The notes beneath the pieces are model-generated. The model was not told the DNA's origin, searched no databases, and saw only the letters and a program-made list of their open reading frames with translations. Below are positions 18,060 to 25,341 of a stretch of DNA of 32,000 nt, one piece after another. Position 1 is the stretch's first letter. Every line of letters begins with the position of its first letter. Origin of the DNA: Bilophila wadsworthia ATCC 49260 (GTDB lineage Bacteria; Desulfobacterota; Desulfovibrionia; Desulfovibrionales; Desulfovibrionaceae); contig NZ_JNJP01000007.1 of assembly GCF_000701705.1 (NCBI RefSeq), forward strand, positions 35,332 to 67,331. The letters run 5' to 3'. The position numbers and the translations under genes were made by a program.

Positions 18060-18581
18060 AAAAACTGCTCCTCAATTTTTGGGGGAATGCGTGGAACCTC
18101 CTTGAACGGCGTTGGTTGGGTCATGTGCGGAATCGCATAAAGCGATGCATGGAAACCTCCTTCGTACTGCGTAAAGGTGTTCATCAGGGGACAAGCAAAA
18201 CATGTGTACACATAAATTTATTCAATAATTCTATCTTATTGGCTATTGATGCGGTGTCATATATGAATGGAATTGTTTTATATATGTACGCACGATAAAT
18301 ATATCACTATCTCTTTTTTTGCAAGCACACCTCACCCAAAAAAAGAGTTTTCCTTAGGAAGGATGCATATTAATATTTTTATATTTCAAATGATTAAATA
18401 AAATTTCAAAAAGAACTTGCTCTTGGCCCATCGTTAGGCTAGCATAGACACATCATAAACAGAAATATCTTTCATATTTTAAATATATCTTTTAACATAT
18501 TATAAAATAATACTTTTTTAGTTTAGCCGTTCCCGCATACCACTGTTTGCGGAAGGCTTCACAGTCCAGCAAGGAGGTCAT
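18060..18581. promoter_or_regulatory. Divergent control/leader region between the BCCT operon (-) and mttB (+), with a strongly AT-rich core at about 18215-18535
   Basis: 522 bp without a credible ORF. Composition contrasts sharply with the GC-rich flanks. Contains phased direct repeats and SD-like repeats (see findings). Confidence 0.6.
18417..18445 (+). promoter_or_regulatory. Candidate sigma70-type promoter for mttB (TTGCTC-N17-TAGCAT)
   Basis: Hexamers at 18417-18422 and 18440-18445 with a 17-nt spacer. This is weak evidence, because many alternative hexamers exist in AT-rich DNA. Confidence 0.2.
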
Positions 18582-20060
18582 ATGGCACAGCGTTGGAAAA
18601 AAGCAGGTAGCCTCACCACCGGCGGGATGAGTCTCAACGTCTTCACGCAGGACGAGATGGACGCTATCCACCGGGCTACCCTTGAAGTGCTGGAGCATAC
18701 GGGAGTGCTTATCGGCTCGCCCGAAGCCCGTGCGCTGCTTGTCGAGGCAGGTGCTTCCGTCATCGACGAGGACATCGTCAGATTCCCTCAGTGGATGGTT
18801 GCGGATGCCGTATCATGTGCGCCCGAAACCCTGCTCCTCGCAGGGCGCACCCCGGACCGTGACGTGGTGCTCGACAGCACGCGCGTCATGTTCACAAATT
18901 TCGGCGAGGCGGTGTACCTTATCGATCCCGATACCGGCGAGGTACGCAACACCACCAAAAAAGACGTCGAGAAGCTCACCCGTGTTGTGGACGCCCTCGA
19001 CGTCATCCCGGTTTGCGAACGTATGGCAGGGGCGCAGGACTACCCCGAGCAGGTGGCTGAACTGCATAACTACGAAGCCCTGCTGATGAACACGACCAAG
19101 CATGTGTTCACAGGCGGCGGCAACGGAAAACTCACCCAATACATGATCGATATGGCGAAGGCCGCTGTGGGGGAGGAAAACTTTGAGGAACGCTGCCCAG
19201 TGACCTTCAATACCTGTCCGATCAGCCCGCTCAAACTGACGGCGGACGTATGCGAAGTCATCATGACGGCGGCCAGGAACGGCGCGACGGTCAACGTGCT
19301 CTCAATGGGAATGGCGGGGGGCTCCACTCCGGTGAACCTCGCCGGGGCATTGGTCGTGCACAACTGCGAAGCCCTCGCCGGGCTTGTCCTTGCGCAAACC
19401 ACTCGGCGGGGCGCCAAGTTCATCTATGGAAGCTCCTCAACGGCAATGGATTTGCGCTACGGCGCGGCTGTAGTGGGTACGCCGGAACTGGCCGTGCTCA
19501 ACGCCGGGGTCGCGGCTATGGCCCGCTATTACAAGCTGCCCTCCTGGGCGGCGGGCGGATAGGGGGACAGCAAATGCGGGGATGCCCAGAGCGGACATGA
19601 AAAGACGCTGACCGGACTGTTGCCGATGCTGGCAGGTGCCAACATCATTTATGGTCTCGGTATGCTGGAGATGGGAATGACCATCAGCTACAGCCAGCTC
19701 TTGATGGACGCCGAAATGGCCGAGATGATGCTTTTCAGCATGGATGGCATTGTTGTGAACGATGAAACGCTTTCCGTGGACGTGATCAAGGAGGTCGGTC
19801 CGCGCAGTGATTTCCTCGCGCATATGAATACCTTTGAAAACATGTATATCCAATCAAAGCCCAAACTCATTGATCGCCTTACCCGTGACCGCTGGAACGA
19901 AGCGGGGCACCTCGACATGGAAAGCCGCGCGCTCATTGCCGCGAAGGAACTCCTCGCCACATGGGAACCGGAACCCCTCCCTGAGGAGGCATGTGCCCGT
20001 GTCAGGGCAGTGCTCAACGCCGCCGAACGTGACTACGGCGTGCCGGAAAGCCTGGAGTAA
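18582..20060 (+). CDS. mttB: Trimethylamine:corrinoid methyltransferase MttB with an in-frame UAG (pyrrolysine) at codon 327; 492 codons when read through
   Basis: ORF-track pieces 18582-19562 and 19620-20060 share one frame and are separated only by the TAG at 19560-19562. Homology to the paralog at 14965-16395 continues across and beyond the TAG. Strong SD aaggagg at 18571-18577. TAA stop at 20058-20060. Confidence 0.8.
19560..19562 (+). other. In-frame amber codon, putative pyrrolysine codon
   Basis: Context is ...SWAAGG-TAG-GDSKCGDAQSGHEK... It aligns with Asn in the paralog context ...TRTLAG-N-TDAKVPDIQAGYET... Confidence 0.75.
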
Positions 20061-20065
20061 AAACA

Positions 20066-20106
20066 AAGAAGGAGAAGGCAACAGGCAATATTGTCTTCTC
20101 CTTCTT
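20066..20106. terminator. Hairpin terminator between convergent mttB and rarD
   Basis: Perfect 12-bp stem aagaaggagaag (20066-20077) / cttctccttctt (20095-20106) with a 17-nt loop. On the minus strand a T-rich run (tttgttttt) follows. Confidence 0.6.
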
Positions 20107-20232
20107 CGCGTACTGGGGCATACTTCTATTTCCGCCACTTCCCCTGCCATCTCCGGTGTCCTCGACAAGCGCGCACCTGAGGATCCTTCCTTCTTCCAGT
20201 CATGGCTTAGGGCTCAATAAACCCCTCATTCC

Positions 20233-21183
20233 TCAATACTTCACCCGCCCTATTTCCGTTACCTGCCGGAGCTTTTTTCTTCCGGTAGAAAAGACGGTAC
20301 CGGACAGGAAGCACCCAACACCCACCCAGATGAACAGGAACACCAGCAGCTTGCTCGCCGATATGGGTTCGCGCATGACGAATGCGCCGAGCATGAAAAC
20401 CGTAGTCGGCAAAATGTATTGCATGATGCCCAGCGAGATCATCGGCACGCTGCGGATGCCGAGGCTCAGGCCCAATTGGGGAATGGCGGAGACGAATCCG
20501 CAGCCGATGAGCAGCAGATCCATGTATGCGCCTCCTGCGAGGAAATGCCCTTCCCCTCTTTCTCCCAGCCAGATCAGGTAACCCCACAGGAACGGCGCGG
20601 AAAACAGCAGTTCCATGAGCATACCGGGAGCGGCTCCGACCGTGGCGCGTTTGCGAAAGAACGCAAACAACGCCGCGGAAAGGGCCACATTCAGTGAGGC
20701 CCACGGGACGGCTCCATATCCCATCAGCAGAATAAGCACGCCGATCCCTGCGAAGATGATGCCCATCCATTGCAGGCGGCCCGGACGCTCCCTGAAAAAC
20801 AGAAAGCCCAGTATCGTGCTGATCATAGGAACGATGTAGTGTCCCATGCTGCATTCGAGCACCTTGCCGTTGGTGACGGCCCATATGTATATCCACCAGT
20901 TCCAGAGATGGGCGAGGCTGCACAAACCGATAAGCGCGATCTCGCGCCGATCCCTGATCGCGCGGAAAAACGCGGGAAACTGCCCCTTCCACACCATGAA
21001 GGCGGCGATGATCAGGCTTCCCCAAAGCGAGCGGTGGCTGACCATTTCGAGGGCCGAAACCCCGTGCAGCAGATTCCAGTACAGCGGGCTCAGGCCGAAG
21101 GACAGGTACACGCCGAAAAGGATGCCCATGCCTTGCCTTTGAGAGAGGCCGCCCGCAGCAGTGCGGGGTGAACGGTGTTCCAT
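20233..21183 (-). CDS. rarD: RarD/EamA-type DMT-superfamily permease (316 aa)
   Basis: 10-TM DMT architecture with RarD-like blocks (SPLYWNLL, GHYIVPMISTILGFLFFRERP). I prefer the ATG at 21183 (MEHRS), preceded by aaggaggg. Confidence 0.8.
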   Translation of the reverse strand: MEHRSPRTAAGGLSQRQGMGILFGVYLSFGLSPLYWNLLHGVSALEMVSHRSLWGSLIIAAFMVWKGQFPAFFRAIRDRREIALIGLCSLAHLWNWWIYIWAVTNGKVLECSMGHYIVPMISTILGFLFFRERPGRLQWMGIIFAGIGVLILLMGYGAVPWASLNVALSAALFAFFRKRATVGAAPGMLMELLFSAPFLWGYLIWLGERGEGHFLAGGAYMDLLLIGCGFVSAIPQLGLSLGIRSVPMISLGIMQYILPTTVFMLGAFVMREPISASKLLVFLFIWVGVGCFLSGTVFSTGRKKLRQVTEIGRVKY

Positions 21184-21293
21184 CGTTCCCTCCTTTGAAG
21201 GCAAATCCGGGCCGTGCGTTCCGAAAACGACGGCCCGGCGGACAAAAAGAGAGCCAGCGGGGGAAACCAGCCCTCTTTCCGTTGGGGACAAGA

Positions 21294-22718
21294 TCAGACG
21301 TTGCGGATTCCGGCGTATTTGGCGAAAAGGGCCTCGGTTTTTTTCACGTCGGTCAACGACAACAGATCAAAAAGATCGTCCGCAGCCTCATGCGAAAGCA
21401 GGTGTTCCCGTTCGGCGGCTTCACGGCAGGTAATATTGTGTTCGTACGCCAGATTGGCCACACGGCTGCCGATCTTGTAACCGAAGAGCGCACTTACCAT
21501 CGTCGCCAGCGAGGTCGAGCGTTCGGCCGTATGGAGGCATTTTTCGGCATTGGCGGAAAGGCCCTTCACACACTTGTCCGCGAAGAGCACCATGCTGCGG
21601 CTCAGGATGTCGATACTGTTGAGGATGCTGCGGATCGGCACGGCGGAGGAGGCGCCGAGGTCCAGTTCCCCGGAGAAGGCTCCGAAGCCCACGCCCGCCT
21701 GATTGCCCGCTACGCGGTGGCAGGCCAGAATCATCACTTCCGTCATGACCGGGTTGATCTTGCCGGGCATGATGGATGAGCCGGGCTGCACTGCAGGGAT
21801 GACGATGTCCCCGAATCCCGCGCGCGGGCCGGAACCCATCAGGCGGATATCGAGGGCCGCCTTCGCCGCCACGGTGGCGAGAGCTTGCAGGTGCGCGTGC
21901 AGGATGATGAAGGAGTCGGAAGCCTGAAGGCCGTCGAACAGATTGGCGTCACGGCGAATCTCACGCCCGCAGACGGCTGAAAGGTTCTTGTAGATATGCT
22001 CCGAGAAGCCGGGCATACATCCCATGCCCGTACCCACGGCAGTGGCGCCGAGCACGCCGGTGCACCAGCGCGCCCGTTCCCTTTCCAGCAACAGCCGATT
22101 CCGACGTATTCCCGCAGCATAACCGGAAAATTCTTGCCCCAGCGTGATCGGTACGGCATCCTGCAAACAGGTACGTCCCATCTTGACCACATCGGCGAAC
22201 TCTGCGGCCTTGGCGTCCAGAGCCGCCTCAAGGTGCGCAGCGGCCTTGAGAACCCGGCCCACTTCATTATAGATGGCGATCCCCTTGGCGGTCGGCACCA
22301 CATCGTTGGAGGACTGGCACATGTTGACGTGGGTATTGGGATGAACCTGATCAGAGCCCTTGTATCCGGTAAGAATCTCATTGGCCCGGTTCGCCAGCAC
22401 TTCGTTGGCGGCCATATTGAAGGGGGTACCCGATCCCCGGAAAATACACAGGGGAAAATCGGCATTGAAGGCTCCGTCCGCCATTTCGTCGCAGGCCCGC
22501 ATGATGGCATCCGCCTTGCCCGCATCGAGCGCGCCGATTTCCTTATTGGTCAGGGCGCACGCCTTCTTCACTTGGGCGACGGCCTTGATGAAGGCCGGAT
22601 AAGCTGACAGCGGATCGTCAGTAATGGCAAGACATTGTCGGTTACGTTCCGTCTGAATGCCGTAATAGACTTCATCGGGCAACAGCATTTCACCGAGCGC
22701 GTCGGTTTCCTTACGCAT
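21294..22718 (-). CDS. Aspartate ammonia-lyase-like enzyme (class II fumarase/aspartase superfamily), paralog 2 (474 aa)
   Basis: Superfamily blocks GSGTPFNMAANEV, HPNTHVNMCQSSNDV, GRTCLQDAVPITLGQEF and the SS-loop GSSIMPGKINP. I prefer the ATG at 22718, preceded by gaggag. Confidence 0.85.
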   Translation of the reverse strand: MRKETDALGEMLLPDEVYYGIQTERNRQCLAITDDPLSAYPAFIKAVAQVKKACALTNKEIGALDAGKADAIMRACDEMADGAFNADFPLCIFRGSGTPFNMAANEVLANRANEILTGYKGSDQVHPNTHVNMCQSSNDVVPTAKGIAIYNEVGRVLKAAAHLEAALDAKAAEFADVVKMGRTCLQDAVPITLGQEFSGYAAGIRRNRLLLERERARWCTGVLGATAVGTGMGCMPGFSEHIYKNLSAVCGREIRRDANLFDGLQASDSFIILHAHLQALATVAAKAALDIRLMGSGPRAGFGDIVIPAVQPGSSIMPGKINPVMTEVMILACHRVAGNQAGVGFGAFSGELDLGASSAVPIRSILNSIDILSRSMVLFADKCVKGLSANAEKCLHTAERSTSLATMVSALFGYKIGSRVANLAYEHNITCREAAEREHLLSHEAADDLFDLLSLTDVKKTEALFAKYAGIRNV

Positions 22719-22758
22719 GAACGTTCTCCTCAAGTGGCAAATAATCGTTGAGGCTCCG

Positions 22759-24216
22759 TCAGCCGATGGAGCGCATCCCGCCATATTTTTTCAGCAGGGC
22801 AACGCTCCCGGCACGGTGTGCGAGCGCTTCCACGTCGAAAAGTTCCTCCGCCGCATCCTCGGGGATGAGTTTTTCGCGAAGGGCCGCTTCCTTGCAGGTG
22901 ATGCCCTCCCTGTAGGCTATCCCGGCGATGCGGCTTCCGGTTTCATAGCCATACAACGTGCTGACGATGGTGGCGAGAGATGTGGATTCCTCGGCGTAAC
23001 GGCGGCACACCGCCTCGTTGGCGACAATACCCTCGACGCATTTTTCGCTGAACAGGGCGAAGCCGTTGCCGATCATTTCCAGAGACTGCAACAAGGCGAA
23101 GAAGCTGACCGTGGCGTTGCTGGCCAGATCGAGATCGCTTGCGGAGGCGTTCATAGTGATCGCCCAGTCGTTTGCCGCCACCTGATGCATGATCTGGACG
23201 ACAAGGTCGCACATGAAGGGATTGATCTTGCCGGGCATGATGGAAGAACCGGGGGCCACGGCAGGCAGACGGATTTCGCCGAACCCCGACCGGGGACCAG
23301 AGGACAGCAGGCGGAAATCGTTGGCGATCTTTCCGGCGGAACAGGCGAGTACCTTGAGTGCGCCTGACAATGTGAGAAGGCCGTCGGCATTCTGCATGGC
23401 GTCGAACAGCCCCGCATCGGAGACGGGGCTCCCCTCCGGCGTATCCGGCAAGCGCATTTCGAAGCCGACAATGGCGCTCAGGTGCGGATAGACGGCCTCC
23501 ACATAGCCGGGCAGCACGCCGAGCCCCGTTCCGATGACCGTACCGCCGAGCACGCCGACGCGGAAGCCCTCGCGCAAGGCTTCAAGGCGTTCCCGGCTGC
23601 GGCGGATGACCCCGTGGAACCCGGCGAACACCTGGCCGAGCGTCATGGGCACGCCGTCCTGAAGGCAGGTCCGGCCCAGACGCACCACGCCTCCGAACTC
23701 TTTGGACTTGCGGGCGAAGCTGTTTTCGAGCGCGGCCACGCCTTCCAGCGCGCGGCCCGTCTCGCGGTACAGAACGATGTTCTCCGCCGTGGGGTAGACG
23801 TCGTTGGAGGACTGGCACATGTTGACGTGCGTATTGGGATGGACCTGCTCGTATCCCTTGTGCCCCGTGAGCAGTTCGTTGGCCCTGTTGGCGATGACCT
23901 CGTTGAGGTTCATGTTGATGGAAGTGCCGCCGCCGCGCCAGATGTTGACGGGAAACTGCCCTTCCATCCGGCCTTCAAGGATGTCGTCGCAGGCGCGGGC
24001 AATGGCGCCGGCCTTATCTGCGCCGAGCGCGCCGATGTCCCGGTTCGCCAGCGCGCAGGCCTTCTTGATTTCCGCCAGCGCGCGAACCACGGCGGGATAG
24101 TCGTTGAAGGTTTTGTCCGTCACATCGAAATTCGAGAGGGAACGGAACGCCTGAATGCCGTAATACGCCCCGTCCGGCAACGGCATTTCGCCAAGGGCAT
24201 CTTTTTCTATACGCAT
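22759..24216 (-). CDS. aspA: Aspartate ammonia-lyase-like enzyme, paralog 1 (485 aa)
   Basis: Blocks GGGTSINMNLNEV, HPNTHVNMCQSSNDV, GRTCLQDGVPMTLGQVF, GSSIMPGKINP. Roughly half the residues are identical to paralog 2 by eye. Confidence 0.85.
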   Translation of the reverse strand: MRIEKDALGEMPLPDGAYYGIQAFRSLSNFDVTDKTFNDYPAVVRALAEIKKACALANRDIGALGADKAGAIARACDDILEGRMEGQFPVNIWRGGGTSINMNLNEVIANRANELLTGHKGYEQVHPNTHVNMCQSSNDVYPTAENIVLYRETGRALEGVAALENSFARKSKEFGGVVRLGRTCLQDGVPMTLGQVFAGFHGVIRRSRERLEALREGFRVGVLGGTVIGTGLGVLPGYVEAVYPHLSAIVGFEMRLPDTPEGSPVSDAGLFDAMQNADGLLTLSGALKVLACSAGKIANDFRLLSSGPRSGFGEIRLPAVAPGSSIMPGKINPFMCDLVVQIMHQVAANDWAITMNASASDLDLASNATVSFFALLQSLEMIGNGFALFSEKCVEGIVANEAVCRRYAEESTSLATIVSTLYGYETGSRIAGIAYREGITCKEAALREKLIPEDAAEELFDVEALAHRAGSVALLKKYGGMRSIG

Positions 24217-24264
24217 GGGCTTGGTATCCTGCTGAAAGGGAATGAAGGGGGCACCCCCTGCACA

Positions 24265-25305
24265 TTAGAGCACAAAAGGCTCGTCCCACATCTTGACGGT
24301 GGTCCCGAGGCCCTTTTCCCGCGCATTGGCAAGGAGAAGGGAACCGAGGGCCACATCCTGCACGCCGAGGCCGACGGTGTTCACGTAAATGATCTCGTCG
24401 TCCGATTCGCGGCCGGGGCGGTCGCCGACGACCACAGCCCCGATCTCGGCGGTGATGTCCTCATCCTTGAGCTTCCCGGCGAAAAACATGTGCGCGAGGC
24501 TCGACACGTCGCGGTGCTTGATCTGTTCCCAATCGTCGACATACCGCTTGTCCGCCGCTGAAATGACCTCATACTCGCATTCGTTGCCGCCCACGTGGAT
24601 GTAAAGCATCCCCGGCTCCAGATGGCGCCGCAACAGCAGGGGCTCGGTGCTTCCCGTGGCGGTCACGACGATGTCCGCGCCCTTGACGGTTTCGTCGACC
24701 GTGGCGCAGACGGCAACCTTCCTGCCCGTGCGTTTTTCCATATGCCGGGCGAAGTTCTCGGCCTGCGCGCGATTCACATCGTAGATGCGGATTTCCTTCG
24801 TCTGCGGGCGGGCCACGAGCAGCGCCATGAGCTGCGTCCGTCCCTGGAACCCGCCGCCTACGATGGCGATCGTCCGGGTATCCTCCTTGGCGAGGTGCAG
24901 GGCCGCCGCCCCCATGTTGGCCCCGGTTCGGATGGCGCTCAGAAGCACGCCGTCCATGATCGCCACCGGGTAGAGCGTGACGGGATCGTTGATGATCACC
25001 AGCGCCGCCACTTTGGGCATACCCGGAGCGCGGACGCCTTCGGGTGAGACGGCGATCCACTTGATGCCTCCAGTGCGGATGTCCCCTCCTATCCAGCCGG
25101 GCAAGGCGTTGATGCGGCCCTTTTCCCATTCCGTTTCCACGCCGCCCCAGCGGATGACCCCCTTGCTCGGAAGCACGGTTTCCCCGCGCCAGTGAAGCCC
25201 ATAGACTTTTTCCATGAGCGGCACGACCTGTTCCATGTTCAGGACGCCCGCTTCGATGACTTCACGCTGGGAAAGGAACAGCAGGGAATGCGAAGTGTCA
25301 GCCAT
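24265..25305 (-). CDS. Ornithine cyclodeaminase/mu-crystallin family NAD(P) enzyme, SbnB-like subgroup (346 aa)
   Basis: Rossmann motif IAIVGGGFQG plus GIKWIAVSP...LVIINDPVTLYPVAIMDG...IRTGA and C-terminal DDWEQ...GRESDDEIIYVNTVGLGVQD. From memory, these resemble the SbnB-type branch. Confidence 0.78.
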   Translation of the reverse strand: MADTSHSLLFLSQREVIEAGVLNMEQVVPLMEKVYGLHWRGETVLPSKGVIRWGGVETEWEKGRINALPGWIGGDIRTGGIKWIAVSPEGVRAPGMPKVAALVIINDPVTLYPVAIMDGVLLSAIRTGANMGAAALHLAKEDTRTIAIVGGGFQGRTQLMALLVARPQTKEIRIYDVNRAQAENFARHMEKRTGRKVAVCATVDETVKGADIVVTATGSTEPLLLRRHLEPGMLYIHVGGNECEYEVISAADKRYVDDWEQIKHRDVSSLAHMFFAGKLKDEDITAEIGAVVVGDRPGRESDDEIIYVNTVGLGVQDVALGSLLLANAREKGLGTTVKMWDEPFVL

Positions 25306-25341
25306 TGTCGTTTCTCCAATTACTTGAAAGAAAGGTGAGGG

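Noticed and set aside
18582-19562. Reading mttB as a truncated pseudogene (326 aa) plus a separate 146-aa gene starting at 19620
   Set aside because: The track start of the 146-aa piece is a TTG with no SD. Both pieces share one frame, a single TAG is the only lesion, and paralog alignment is continuous across it. A nonsense pseudogene remains a formal possibility until pyl genes are found in the genome.
24217-24264. gggggcaccccc motif between the OCD gene and aspartase paralog 1 as a possible terminator
   Set aside because: It is a 5-bp G/C stem with only a 2-nt loop, which is sterically implausible, and it has no T-tract. The 48-nt gap is consistent with co-transcription.
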